Origin: Alphaproteobacteria bacterium
GTDB lineage: Bacteria; Pseudomonadota; Alphaproteobacteria; Rickettsiales; SXRF01
Direction: 5' to 3'
DNA length: 64,000 bases
Assembly (NCBI GenBank): GCA_025362975.1
Contig: JANYES010000011.1
Location: 65,581 to 129,580 of the forward strand
A model generated the notes under the pieces. The model saw only the letters and a list, made by a program, of their open reading frames with translations. It ran no database searches and was not told the DNA's origin. Position numbers and translations under genes: made by a program. Shown here piece after piece: positions 35,633 through 45,087 of this stretch. The first letter of the stretch is position 1, and every line of letters starts with the position of its first letter.

Positions 35633-37033
35633 CTACATGTGGATGACTTTACCGAAGGCGTCCAGCGTCGATTCATGCATCATTTCCGATAAGGTCGGAT
35701 GCGGGAAGACGGTGTGCATCAGGTCGAGTTCGGTGCCTTCCATCTGGCGGGCAATGGCGTAGCCCTGAATCATTTCGGTCACTTCCGCGCCGATCATATG
35801 AGCGCCGAGCAACTCACCGGTCTTGGCGTCGAAGATGGTTTTGACCAAACCTTCGGGTTCGCCGAGCGCAATAGCCTTGCCGTTTCCGATGAACTGGAAG
35901 CGGCCGACTTTGATGTCCTTCTTAGCTTCGCGCGCGGCTTTTTCGGTCATGCCAACGCTTGCCACCTGCGGCCAGCAATAGGTGCAGCCCGGGATGTTTT
36001 TGACGTTGAGCGGATGGACGTCTTTCTGGCCGGCGATTTTTTCGATGCAGATGACGCCTTCGTGGCTTGCTTTGTGCGCAAGCCACGGCGGGCCGGTCAG
36101 ATCGCCGATGGCGTAAACGCCGGGCTCGCCCGTGGCGGACCATTTGTCGACAACGACGTGGGTTTTATCGACTTTTATTTTAGTGCCTTCGAGGCCTAAG
36201 TTTTCAACGTTGCCGACGATGCCGATGGCCATGATGACGCGGTCGACGGTGATGTCGGTGGATGCGCCATCTTTTTCAATCGTCACGGTGACGTTGTTGC
36301 TGCCCTTCTTGAGGCCTTTGACGTTGGTCGAAGTCAGGATTTTCATGCCCTGTTTTTCGAAGGATTTCTGCGCGAGCTTCGAGATTTCTTCGTCTTCCAC
36401 GGGCAGGATGCGGTCAAGCATTTCGACGACGGTCACTTCCGCGCCCATCGTGCGGTAGAAGCTGGCGAACTCAATGCCGATGGCGCCGGAGCCGACGACC
36501 AGCAGGGATTTCGGCATTTCGGTGGGCACCATTGCTTCTTTGTAGGTCCAAACCAGCTTGCCGTCCGGTTCCATGGCCGGGATGGTGCGTGCACGGGCGC
36601 CGGTGGCGAGGATGATGTGCTTGCCGGTCAGTTCGCTGACGGTTTTACCGTCTTTATCAACGATGACTTTGCCTTTGCCGGCGAGCTTGCCGTGGCCGTC
36701 GAAGACGGTGACTTTGTTTTTCTTCATCAGGCCCGACACGCCTTTGGAAAGCTGGCTGGCCACGCCGCGCGAGCGGGCGACGACTTTGGCGAGATCGAAC
36801 TTGATATCCTTGACCGACAGGCCGAAGGATTCGAGGTTGTGCAGCAGGTGGTAGATTTCCGAGGAACGCAGGAGCGCCTTGGTCGGGATGCAGCCCCAGT
36901 TTAGGCAGATGCCCCCCATGTGCTCGCGTTCCACCACGGCGGTTTTCATGCCCAACTGCGCGGCGCGGATAGCAGTTACATAACCGCCCGGGCCACCGCC
37001 GATTACTACTACGTCAAAATTGGTCTCGGTCAT
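35633..37033 (-). CDS. lpdA: Dihydrolipoyl dehydrogenase (E3)
   Basis: 466 aa. FDVVVIGGGPGGYVTA, redox-active GGICLNWGCIPTK, C-terminal HPTLSE. Confidence 0.95.
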   Translation of the reverse strand: MTETNFDVVVIGGGPGGYVTAIRAAQLGMKTAVVEREHMGGICLNWGCIPTKALLRSSEIYHLLHNLESFGLSVKDIKFDLAKVVARSRGVASQLSKGVSGLMKKNKVTVFDGHGKLAGKGKVIVDKDGKTVSELTGKHIILATGARARTIPAMEPDGKLVWTYKEAMVPTEMPKSLLVVGSGAIGIEFASFYRTMGAEVTVVEMLDRILPVEDEEISKLAQKSFEKQGMKILTSTNVKGLKKGSNNVTVTIEKDGASTDITVDRVIMAIGIVGNVENLGLEGTKIKVDKTHVVVDKWSATGEPGVYAIGDLTGPPWLAHKASHEGVICIEKIAGQKDVHPLNVKNIPGCTYCWPQVASVGMTEKAAREAKKDIKVGRFQFIGNGKAIALGEPEGLVKTIFDAKTGELLGAHMIGAEVTEMIQGYAIARQMEGTELDLMHTVFPHPTLSEMMHESTLDAFGKVIHM

Positions 37034-37075
37034 ATGTCTTCCTTAAATTACTATTCATGCGACTTAGCGCGTGGA

Positions 37076-37531
37076 TTATTTCTCTTCATCAGGCAGCGGC
37101 ACTCGGCTGGAGTGCTGGTCGACGATCAGCCATTTGCCGCCTTCGAGGTTATAGACGAAGGTGTAGCGGGCGGGGATGTTGATGGGTTCGCCGTCTTGCG
37201 TATAGCTTAAATCGTAGCGGCCGTTGACGACGGCGACGTTGCCGAAGAGGCGCACCTGACTGCTTTTGATATCGACTTTGATGTCCGGGTTCGGGACGAC
37301 TTTTTTGAAGTAACCCTTGATCTGGTCACGCTTGGTCATCGGTTCCTGCGCGAAGGTAGAAATCATGACGGCGTTTTTGTCGTAGAGCTTCATGATGACG
37401 TCGACATTGGCGCTTTCGATGGCGGCTTTCCAGTCGGTGAGCGCTTTATCGACGCTGGGCTGATCGGCGGCGAATGCGGGGGACGTGAGGAGCAGGAACG
37501 TGAGAGCTAGGATTTTAGTGATGGACTTCAT
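37076..37531 (-). CDS. Secreted NTF2-like (SnoaL/DUF4440, SgcJ/EcaC-type) protein
   Basis: From ATG 37531 (AGGAG upstream). Signal peptide MKSITKILALTFLLLTSPAFA. ...WKAAIESANVDVIMKLYDKNAVM...GNVAVVNGRY...ARYTFVY..EGGKWLIVDQHSSRVP fits the NTF2-like pattern. Confidence 0.6.
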   Translation of the reverse strand: MKSITKILALTFLLLTSPAFAADQPSVDKALTDWKAAIESANVDVIMKLYDKNAVMISTFAQEPMTKRDQIKGYFKKVVPNPDIKVDIKSSQVRLFGNVAVVNGRYDLSYTQDGEPINIPARYTFVYNLEGGKWLIVDQHSSRVPLPDEEK

Positions 37532-37547
37532 GGGGTACTCCTGAGGA

Positions 37548-38861
37548 TTACAGCAGTAGCAATGCTGGGCTTTCGAGATAGTGCTTGAGGGCGGCGAGGA
37601 ATTCGGCACCGACGGCACCATCCACCACGCGGTGATCGACTGAGAGGGTCAAATCGACCATATTGCGCACGACCATCTGGCCGTGGCGGACGACGACGCG
37701 GTCTTCACCGGCGCCGACGGCAAGGATGCAGCCCTGCGGCGGGTTCACGATGGCGGAGAAGGATTTTACGCCGAACATGCCGAGGTTAGAAATGGAGAAG
37801 CCGCCGCCTTGGAATTCTTCGGGGGCGAGCTTGCCAGTTCGGGCGCGGCCCGCGAGGTCTTTCATCTCATTGGAGATGGTGGTGACGCCTTTCTGGTCGG
37901 CGTTTTTGACGATGGGGGTGATGAGACCGCCTTCGATGGCGACAGCTACCGAAATGTCGACGTTGCTGTATTGCACGATGGCGTCGTCATACCACGAGCC
38001 GTTGGCGGCGGGAACTTTTTTGAGCGCGAGGGCCACGGCTTTGATGATGAAGTCGTTCACCGAGACTTTGTAGGCGGGTTTCTTTTCTTTGCCAGCGATA
38101 GATTCGGCTTCGAAATTGATGTCCTTGCGGATGTCGAGCAGCTTGTTGAGTTCGCAGTCTACGGTGAGGTAGAAATGCGGCACCTGCTGTTTGGACTCGG
38201 TCAGGCGGCGGGCGATGACCTTGCGCATGTTGGAATTCGGGATTTTGGTGAATTCTACGGGATTGCGCATGACGCGGCCCGAGCGGCCGAGATTGCCCGA
38301 CGATTTGGCTTTCAACACGTCTTCGCGCACGACGCGGCCATGCGGGCCGGTGCCTTGAACGCCGCCGATATCGACGCCTTCTTGTGCGGCAATGCGTTTG
38401 GCCAGAGGGGAAGCGAACACGCGCTCACCGGCACTGCGCATCGGCGCGCTCATGGCGGCGGGAGTTGCGGTTGGCGACAGGCTTGAGACGGAGGTTGGAG
38501 CGGCGCTTGGTGCCGGTGCGGCGGCGGAGGAAGCGGATGAGGCTGGTGCGGCGGCGGCTCCCGTTTTGGGGCCTGCGACGGCTTTGGGTTTATAGGTGTC
38601 GATGGCTTTTTTGTCTTCGCCGTCTTCCAGCAGGAGTGCGATGAGCTGGTTGACTTTGACGCCTTCGGTGCCGCCTTGAACGACGATTTTTCCCATGACA
38701 CCTTCGTCGACGGCTTCGACTTCCATCGTCGCTTTGTCGGTTTCGATTTCGGCTATGACTTGGCCGGATTTGATTTTGTCGCCTTCCTTGACGGTCCATT
38801 TGGCGAGGTTGCCCTCGGTCATGGTGGGCGAAAGTGCAGGCATCAGGATTTCGATTGGCAT
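37548..38861 (-). CDS. pdhC: Pyruvate dehydrogenase E2 (dihydrolipoyllysine-residue acetyltransferase)
   Basis: 437 aa. Lipoyl domain [22 protein letters not shown]...[12 protein letters not shown]. Ala/Pro linker, E3-binding domain, catalytic ...[13 protein letters not shown]. Confidence 0.9.
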   Translation of the reverse strand: MPIEILMPALSPTMTEGNLAKWTVKEGDKIKSGQVIAEIETDKATMEVEAVDEGVMGKIVVQGGTEGVKVNQLIALLLEDGEDKKAIDTYKPKAVAGPKTGAAAAPASSASSAAAPAPSAAPTSVSSLSPTATPAAMSAPMRSAGERVFASPLAKRIAAQEGVDIGGVQGTGPHGRVVREDVLKAKSSGNLGRSGRVMRNPVEFTKIPNSNMRKVIARRLTESKQQVPHFYLTVDCELNKLLDIRKDINFEAESIAGKEKKPAYKVSVNDFIIKAVALALKKVPAANGSWYDDAIVQYSNVDISVAVAIEGGLITPIVKNADQKGVTTISNEMKDLAGRARTGKLAPEEFQGGGFSISNLGMFGVKSFSAIVNPPQGCILAVGAGEDRVVVRHGQMVVRNMVDLTLSVDHRVVDGAVGAEFLAALKHYLESPALLLL

Positions 38862-38900
38862 GGTTCGTACTTTTCTAGCTGAGGTGGTAAGGGCGCGGCA

Positions 38901-39347
38901 TTATTTACCGCCATTGAAAGAGGCCGTGCAATGCGGGTTTTTAAACGCATTGACGTTGACTGAGGTTTGAATTTTATGGCTGGTGAGCAGTTCGGCGAGT
39001 TTCATGGCGTTTTCGGTGTTTTCGACCTGATAGTTGCCACCGCCGTTTAACATGAAGCCCGCCTCCGGCGCATCGTTGTCGTAGTTCACCAGCTGCGGGT
39101 TGATGGAATAGTTCCAGCTTTGTGCAATGATTCTGATGCCCGCTTCGGAGGCGATGGCACCCAGCTGTTTTACCTTGTCGTCGAATTTCTTTTTGCTTTC
39201 GACATAGGTTTTGCCGATCACGTTGATGTTGGGGCTGATCGTGACGTTTTCCTGAAGGAAACATTCGGTCGACGGGTCTTTCTTATCCGCCGCGAAAGCG
39301 GGGGTGACCGCCAGCGACATCAAGCATACCAAAATCGTTTTCTTCAT
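38901..39347 (-). CDS. Secreted hypothetical protein between pdhB and pdhC
   Basis: 148 aa. Signal peptide MKKTILVCLMSLAVTPAFA. No family recognised. Confidence 0.55.
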   Translation of the reverse strand: MKKTILVCLMSLAVTPAFAADKKDPSTECFLQENVTISPNINVIGKTYVESKKKFDDKVKQLGAIASEAGIRIIAQSWNYSINPQLVNYDNDAPEAGFMLNGGGNYQVENTENAMKLAELLTSHKIQTSVNVNAFKNPHCTASFNGGK

Positions 39348-39411
39348 CTCTAATCCTGCCTAACGAAAATTCAGACCATACATAGTGATACCAGCCAGCA
39401 AGCGCAAGCGT

Positions 39412-40401
39412 TTAGGCCGCCTGCTCACGGTAACAGACCTGCTTGACCGCGTCGATGATGTGCTGGGGCTGCGGAAGCGCTAGTTTCTCGAGGTTCGCGG
39501 CATAGGGCAGCGGCACGTCGGCACCGGCGACACGCACAACGGGCGCATCGAGGTAGTCGAACGCCTGCTCCATGATGATCGCCGCGATTTCCGAGCCCAT
39601 GCCCGCAGCCGGCCAGCCTTCTTCGACCGAGACGCAACGGCTGGTTTTTTTGACGGATTCAACGATGGTTGCAGTGTCGAGCGGACGCAGGGTGCGCAAG
39701 TCGATCACCTCGGCGCTGATGCCTTGCTGAGCAAGGATTCCTGCGGCTTGCAAAGCTTTGCCGACCATGATGGAAAACGCCGTGATGGTGACGTCGGTGC
39801 CTTCGCGCACGATGGCGGCTTTGCCGATTTCCATTGGCTCGAGGTTATCAGGCACATCGAAGCTCTGGCCGTAGAGCATTTCGTTTTCAAGGAAGATGAC
39901 CGGATTGGGGTCGCGGATAGCGGCTTTAAGCAGGCCTTTGGCGCTTGCCGCGTCGTAGGGCGCTATGACTTTCAATCCCGGGACGTGGGCGTACCAGCTG
40001 GCGTAGCACTGGGAATGCTGGGCGCCGACGCGGGATGCCGCGCCGTTGGGCCCGCGGAAGACGATGGGGCAGCGAATCTGGCCGCCGGACATGTAGTTGG
40101 TTTTAGCGGCGGAGTTGATGAGATGGTCCATCGCCTGCATGGCGAAGTTGAAGGTCATGAACTCGACGATGGGTTTCAAGCCCATCATGGCCGCGCCCAC
40201 GCCGAGGCCGGCGAAACCGTGCTCGGTGATCGGCGTATCGACGATGCGCTCGGGGCCGAATTCGGCGAGCAGGCCTTCGGTCACCTTGTAGGCGCCCTGG
40301 TATTCCGCGACTTCTTCGCCCATGACGAAGACTTCTTTGTCACGGCGCATTTCTTCGGCCATAGCGTCACGTAGTGCGACTCGAACAGTTTGATTAGCCA
40401 T
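39412..40401 (-). CDS. pdhB: Pyruvate dehydrogenase E1 beta subunit
   Basis: 329 aa. ...[20 protein letters not shown]...[16 protein letters not shown].... Strong AGGAG 6 nt upstream. No N-terminal lipoyl domain. Confidence 0.9.
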   Translation of the reverse strand: MANQTVRVALRDAMAEEMRRDKEVFVMGEEVAEYQGAYKVTEGLLAEFGPERIVDTPITEHGFAGLGVGAAMMGLKPIVEFMTFNFAMQAMDHLINSAAKTNYMSGGQIRCPIVFRGPNGAASRVGAQHSQCYASWYAHVPGLKVIAPYDAASAKGLLKAAIRDPNPVIFLENEMLYGQSFDVPDNLEPMEIGKAAIVREGTDVTITAFSIMVGKALQAAGILAQQGISAEVIDLRTLRPLDTATIVESVKKTSRCVSVEEGWPAAGMGSEIAAIIMEQAFDYLDAPVVRVAGADVPLPYAANLEKLALPQPQHIIDAVKQVCYREQAA

Positions 40402-40412
40402 ATGTATCTCCT

Positions 40413-40916
40413 TTATTTAACTCTTTCGATTTTCTTTGGGCATGAGCGGGGCTTGAAGGTGAAGCACTGCTCGCCGTTTTTGTAATCTTTCAGTTCCTCG
40501 GGCAGGTTTTCCGCATTGTTGTAGACGCCATCGTTGGCCCGGAAAGCCAGCGTCGCGCACATCGTGTAGGATTCGCTGCCTTGGGCTTCGTAGCGATAGT
40601 TATCAAATTTTTCCTGCGGGGCGAGCTGCCAGCTGCTGCAATTCAAACCGCTGGCATTGCAGTATTTGCCGGTATGGTTGTTGTTATTGAGGTAATCGAC
40701 CAGCACCTGCTGGTTTTCAGGGAAACTGCCTTCATGCTCGCAGGCATATTGCTGCGCAAAGCAGGCCATGCAGCTCATAGCGATGTTTTTTTGCTTATCC
40801 TCAAGCATTGCCCGCCCTTTTCCCGGCGTGCCGACCAGCGCAAAACCCGAGATCACGAGCGCTGCCAACAGCGCCGATGAGGTGTAAAGCACCGTTTTTT
40901 TTGAGTCAAAGCTCAC
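40413..40916 (-). CDS. Membrane-anchored Cys-rich hypothetical protein (cassette gene 6)
   Basis: GTG 40916 overlaps the upstream TGA (GTGA). N-terminal TM segment [22 protein letters not shown], followed by about 130 aa with 8 Cys. 167 aa. The start is inferred. Confidence 0.45.
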   Translation of the reverse strand: MSFDSKKTVLYTSSALLAALVISGFALVGTPGKGRAMLEDKQKNIAMSCMACFAQQYACEHEGSFPENQQVLVDYLNNNNHTGKYCNASGLNCSSWQLAPQEKFDNYRYEAQGSESYTMCATLAFRANDGVYNNAENLPEELKDYKNGEQCFTFKPRSCPKKIERVK

Positions 40917-41572
40917 GCTTTTTTCTCCATGCTGCCGGTTTCGCAGCGGAAGTAATAATATAAGCCCGCCCACGTGACGCCGCAGACCAGCATTTTCAGG
41001 ATAAAGCGCAAGGAAAGCTCAACGCTGAGGAAATAATACACGAACAGGATGACGTCGAGCAGCATCACGGCGGCGGCGCAAAGGAAAATAAGGTAAATCA
41101 GTTTCAGGCGAATCACCGGCACGCTCTGGTTGCCGAGGCTATAGGTGCGGCGTATCATTCGGCTGGACACGATCGTCAGCGGCGCGCAGGTCATGATCAT
41201 GGCAAGATGCGTGCGGATTGCTTCGGCAATATTGCGCCCGATGATATTGTTGCTTCCATAAAGCCCCTGGCCTGAATGGCCCATTGCATCCGGCAGGTAG
41301 TAGTCGAGGAAGGTGAAGATCATAGAATCCGACGCCCAGATTGTGAGCAGCAGGACAAGGAAGAAGAACAGATTAAGCGCGGTATAGCGCGGCGAAACGT
41401 AGATGCGCGGTTTGGGCACGGGTACGGGAAACGCTACGTCGGCGTACTGGGTCCAGAAGCTGTTGAGCTGTTCTTCCGGCCAGCCTGCTTCGCGCAGGGC
41501 CATGTGCGTTTCGGCGCGGGTTTTGCCAGCGCGGAAGGCTTCTTTAGCGAAATCTACGAGGAACTGGGACAT
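40913..41572 (-). CDS. Polytopic membrane hypothetical protein (cassette gene 5)
   Basis: 219 aa. Soluble N-terminal helix pair (...RAETHMALREAGWPEEQLNSFW) followed by about 4 TM segments. Confidence 0.55.
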   Translation of the reverse strand: MSQFLVDFAKEAFRAGKTRAETHMALREAGWPEEQLNSFWTQYADVAFPVPVPKPRIYVSPRYTALNLFFFLVLLLTIWASDSMIFTFLDYYLPDAMGHSGQGLYGSNNIIGRNIAEAIRTHLAMIMTCAPLTIVSSRMIRRTYSLGNQSVPVIRLKLIYLIFLCAAAVMLLDVILFVYYFLSVELSLRFILKMLVCGVTWAGLYYYFRCETGSMEKKA

Positions 41573-41576
41573 AGAA

Positions 41577-41702
41577 CTACCTGCTCATCACGTTATAACA
41601 ATCGCGGACATAACCGCTGACGCCGTCGGGATGGTCATTCGGGCCGATATAGCAACAGCCGGTGACCATCAGCAATCCAAATACGATCAGGAATTTGTTC
41701 AT
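41577..41702 (-). CDS. 41-aa putative lipoprotein (cassette gene 4)
   Basis: Read by hand: MNKFLIVFGLLMVTGCCYIGPNDHPDGVSGYVRDCYNVMSR*. Lipobox V-T-G-C. Its ATG overlaps the upstream TGA (ATGA at 41699-41702). The stop lies 4 nt before the next ATG. Confidence 0.45.
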   Translation of the reverse strand: MNKFLIVFGLLMVTGCCYIGPNDHPDGVSGYVRDCYNVMSR

Positions 41703-42358
41703 GCCGCCCTGCCCTTGCCTGCTTCATGCTGGCTTGCGAAGGCGAGGACGCCTGCGGGAATGGTGATTTTGACTTTTTCCGTGCCGTTTTCACCGCGTCC
41801 GTGTTTGATGTGGATATCGCGGGCGATTAGCTCGGCATCTACGGGATCAGCTTCGCCGTTACAGGCAATTGCGTAAATCTGCAGCAGCATCGAAAGCGTT
41901 TCCTGACCCTGCCCTTCGCGAAATACTTTGGATACGACGTTGTCGCCAGAGGGTTTCCAGCCATCGAATAACCGGCGGTGCAGCGCGTCGAGTTCCAGCT
42001 CGACCAAGTGTTTGGGGTCGGGAATGTTATCGTCGCTGAACTGCATGTCATTCATTTTTTTATCCATACGGCGCGTCGCTTTTTCAAGCAGGGCTTCGGC
42101 GGCATGGTAGCGCATGCCGTCGCGGGCGGTGTCGGTGAGGTCGGCTTCGGTCAGGTCCTCTGGAATGGTTTCGCGGAATAAATGCGTGGACGCATTTTGG
42201 CCTGCGGTGATGGTGCGGTGGGCGTCTCTGGCGATTTCGCGGTAGGCTTTTTTCGTGAGTCCCGGCTGGTGGAGGCGATCGAGGATTTCGCGCGCGAGCG
42301 AGAACACGCCGGTGGACGGCGGATTATCTCGAAGCTGATCAATCGCCGCCAGTGCCAT
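41699..42358 (-). CDS. Soluble hypothetical protein (cassette gene 3)
   Basis: 219 aa, no signal peptide or TM segment, no motif recognised. Starts 2 nt after the upstream stop. Confidence 0.55.
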   Translation of the reverse strand: MALAAIDQLRDNPPSTGVFSLAREILDRLHQPGLTKKAYREIARDAHRTITAGQNASTHLFRETIPEDLTEADLTDTARDGMRYHAAEALLEKATRRMDKKMNDMQFSDDNIPDPKHLVELELDALHRRLFDGWKPSGDNVVSKVFREGQGQETLSMLLQIYAIACNGEADPVDAELIARDIHIKHGRGENGTEKVKITIPAGVLAFASQHEAGKGRAA

Positions 42359-42360
42359 CG

Positions 42361-43068
42361 TCAGCCCCTTGCACTGCTCTTGAGATTAGATTCCATCGTC
42401 TGCTCGAAATCGACCATCTGGCTCAGGAATTCGCGCTTCATGACAATCGTGTGATCGTTAGGCTGCGGCAGGAAGGACCGCTTGATCTTTTCATCGCTCA
42501 GGTTGGCGGCCATTGCCATGCAGCAGAACAGGTGGCGTATGCGGTCGCACTCATCTTCGCTGGCGAAGGTTTTTAAGACGGCATCCTTGCTGCCGCGTTT
42601 GTCTTTCCAGTTGGCGAACATCTGGATTTCCATCGCGTCGAGCGCGATCATGGGTGCCCGGCTGCTGAACGTGTCGACATCGAATGTGCCGAAGCGAACG
42701 GCGATGTTGCTGATATCGTCCTGCGAACCGAGCAGCAATGCATTCGGATTTTCGGATTCCACGCCGCGCTCCAGCGGGTTGTACGCGTAAAAAAGCGCCG
42801 AGCACATAAAACCACGCACACCATCAATCACGCGCTCGCGGTCGATATCTACTTCCGGATGCGACACCTGTACGATGAGGTCGAGGCCAGGGAAGTTCTG
42901 TTTGGGGTCGAGAGGAGTATCCTGATCATCGTCAATCTTGATCGGGTTTAGCGGAATCGTAACGTCGGGAAGAACGGTTTTGCCTTTCGCTTTAGCCTGC
43001 ACTTTGACGCGCTCGGCAACTTCGGCGACTTCCTTCATTTCTTCTTTGGCGAGTTCAAAAAGCTGCAT
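42361..43068 (-). CDS. Soluble acidic hypothetical protein (cassette gene 2)
   Basis: 235 aa, no signal peptide or TM segment, no motif recognised. Starts 6 nt after the upstream stop. Confidence 0.55.
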   Translation of the reverse strand: MQLFELAKEEMKEVAEVAERVKVQAKAKGKTVLPDVTIPLNPIKIDDDQDTPLDPKQNFPGLDLIVQVSHPEVDIDRERVIDGVRGFMCSALFYAYNPLERGVESENPNALLLGSQDDISNIAVRFGTFDVDTFSSRAPMIALDAMEIQMFANWKDKRGSKDAVLKTFASEDECDRIRHLFCCMAMAANLSDEKIKRSFLPQPNDHTIVMKREFLSQMVDFEQTMESNLKSSARG

Positions 43069-43074
43069 AACGAC

Positions 43075-43449
43075 TCAGGGTTTGACGCGGGTTAAATTGT
43101 GGGCGCCCATGCCGGGGAAATCCATAAGCATTGAATCCCTGTCCTTGAGGAACAGCATCAGACCGCCTTTTTTCTTGCCTTTATCGGCATCGAAATCCAC
43201 TTCGTAACTATCCCCTTTGTCGCTATGGCCGAGGGGTTTGTAGCTGACTGCGAAGACGTTCGGCTGCACCAGCAGCGCGCCTTTATCGTCGGTGGGCGTG
43301 GAGGACAGCGTGGTGGGCGTGAATTCGGTGACCATGTGTTTGCCGTTTGGCAAGGTTTCGGTCCACCTGCCGAGAACTGGGCTATCGTCCGCAAATGCGA
43401 CGACGGGCAGCAACACTAAAAACGCGGCGAGCAGCGGTTTGATGCGCAT
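43075..43449 (-). CDS. Small secreted hypothetical protein (cassette gene 1)
   Basis: 124 aa. Signal peptide MRIKPLLAAFLVLLPVVAFA. Starts 3 nt after the pdhA stop. Confidence 0.55.
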   Translation of the reverse strand: MRIKPLLAAFLVLLPVVAFADDSPVLGRWTETLPNGKHMVTEFTPTTLSSTPTDDKGALLVQPNVFAVSYKPLGHSDKGDSYEVDFDADKGKKKGGLMLFLKDRDSMLMDFPGMGAHNLTRVKP

Positions 43450-43452
43450 CGC

Positions 43453-44469
43453 TTATACCAGCACGTCGGTCCAGAGTTCCGATTCCGGCGGTTCGGGCGA
43501 TTCCTGCGCGAATTCGGCGGCGGCATTGACAACTTCCTTGATTTCTTTTTCGAGGACTTTGATGGTGTCTTCGGTGAAAATACCGTCTTTAATCATGCGG
43601 GCTTTGAGGCCGTCGATCGGGTCATGGTGTTCTTTGTAGCCCTCGACTTCTTCTTTCGAGCGGTATTTTGCCGGGTCGGACATTGAGTGGCCGCGATAGC
43701 GGTAGGTTTTCATTTCCAGCAGGAAGGGGCCGTTGCCTTCGCGCACGTGTTTCACGGCTTCGATGCCGGCTTCGCGCACGGCGAGGACGTCCATGCCGTC
43801 AACCTGTTTCCCGGGTATGCCGAAGCCTTCGCCGCGGCGGAAGAGTTCGGTGGTGGAGCTGCTGCGCTTTACCGATGTTCCCATTGCATATTCGTTGTTT
43901 TCGATGATGTAGATCACCGGGAGTTTCCACAGGCTCGCCATGTTGAAGGCTTCGTAAACCTGCCCTTGGTTGACCGAGCCGTCACCGAAATAGACGAGGC
44001 TGAGGGCGCCGTTCTTGCGGTATTTATGCGCGAACGCAATGCCGGTGCCCAGCGGCACCTGCGCGCCGACGATGCCGTGGCCGCCGTAGAAATGCTTGTC
44101 GGTCGAGAACATGTGCATCGAGCCGCCCTTGCCTTTGGAGAAACCGCCGATGCGGCCGGTGAGTTCGGCCATGATGCCTTTGGGGTCCATGCCGCAGGCG
44201 AGCATGTGCGCGTGATCGCGGTAGGAGGTGATGACGGCGTCATTGGGGGTCACGCAGTCCTGCATTCCGACGACGACGGCTTCCTGGCCAATGTACAGAT
44301 GGCAGAAACCGCCGATGAGGCCCATGCCGTATAACTGGCCCGCTTTTTCTTCGAAACGGCGAATCATGAGCATGTCTTTGTACAGCTTGATCTGCAATTC
44401 TTTGCTCACGCCCTGTGGGGCGGATTTGGCCGTTTCTTCGGGCATTTTTTTGGTCGTGACTTTAGACAT
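43453..44469 (-). CDS. pdhA: Pyruvate dehydrogenase E1 alpha subunit
   Basis: 338 aa. ...MLMIRRFEEKAGQLYGMGLIGGFCHLYIGQEA.... ThDP motif ...GDGSVNQGQVYEAFNMASLWKLPVIYIIENN..., YRYRGHSMSDP. Confidence 0.95.
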   Translation of the reverse strand: MSKVTTKKMPEETAKSAPQGVSKELQIKLYKDMLMIRRFEEKAGQLYGMGLIGGFCHLYIGQEAVVVGMQDCVTPNDAVITSYRDHAHMLACGMDPKGIMAELTGRIGGFSKGKGGSMHMFSTDKHFYGGHGIVGAQVPLGTGIAFAHKYRKNGALSLVYFGDGSVNQGQVYEAFNMASLWKLPVIYIIENNEYAMGTSVKRSSSTTELFRRGEGFGIPGKQVDGMDVLAVREAGIEAVKHVREGNGPFLLEMKTYRYRGHSMSDPAKYRSKEEVEGYKEHHDPIDGLKARMIKDGIFTEDTIKVLEKEIKEVVNAAAEFAQESPEPPESELWTDVLV

Positions 44470-44576
44470 AGGGTCTCCAGAAAATTTTCATGCGTGAAAC
44501 CCGCCTATAAACACCTAATCCTGCGGGTTTGGCAAGTATTTAATACGCCTGAAAATGCTGCATTGCAGCGAGGTTT

Positions 44577-45032
44577 TTAGCCTCTTCCGTGGTAGCCGGG
44601 AACTTCCTGTGGTGGAATCCAAACGTCGGCTGGCTCTTCACCCGTTTGATAGAACACGTCAATCGGGATGCCGCCGCGCGGATACCAGTAGCCGCCAATA
44701 CGCAGCCACTGGGGTTTTACAGCCTTGATGAGGCGCAGCGCGATGGCGATGGTGCAGTCTTCATGGAACGAGCCGACATTGCGGAAGGAGCCTAAAAACA
44801 GCTTCAGCGACTTGCTTTCGACGAGAAAATCACCGGGGACGTAGTCGATCACGAGATGGGCAAAATCTGGCTGGCCTGTGATGGGGCAGAGCGAGGTGAA
44901 TTCTGGGCAGGAAAAACGCACGCAATAGTTCGTACCGGCATGCGGGTTTTTAACTTTTTCGATCAGCGCCTTATCGGGCGATGCGGGGAGCTTTGCTTGT
45001 TTTCCGAGCTGGGTAAGCGTTTGTTTTTTCAT
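44577..45032 (-). CDS. queF: NADPH-dependent 7-cyano-7-deazaguanine reductase (type I)
   Basis: From ATG 45032. ...[27 protein letters not shown]....[14 protein letters not shown]...FHE. 151 aa. Confidence 0.85.
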   Translation of the reverse strand: MKKQTLTQLGKQAKLPASPDKALIEKVKNPHAGTNYCVRFSCPEFTSLCPITGQPDFAHLVIDYVPGDFLVESKSLKLFLGSFRNVGSFHEDCTIAIALRLIKAVKPQWLRIGGYWYPRGGIPIDVFYQTGEEPADVWIPPQEVPGYHGRG

Positions 45033-45041
45033 ATTGGTTCC

Positions 45042-45075
45042 TTTGCCCACGCAATAGCAGGATTGCGGGGGCAAA
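45042..45075 (-). promoter_or_regulatory. Long imperfect hairpin between the LysE-family gene and queF
   Basis: Minus strand: TTTGCCCCCGCAAT-CCTGCT-ATTGCGTGGGCAAA, 13 of 14 positions paired. It lies 12 nt after the upstream stop, and its 3' base abuts the AAGGA SD of queF. Confidence 0.4.
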
Positions 45076-45087
45076 GGCAAATGATTT

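Noticed and set aside
45033-45087. preQ1 riboswitch upstream of queF
   Set aside because: The 55-nt spacer folds into a simple long hairpin. I could not fit the preQ1-I or preQ1-II consensus (short stem plus A-rich tail pseudoknot). It is kept only as an unexplained hairpin.
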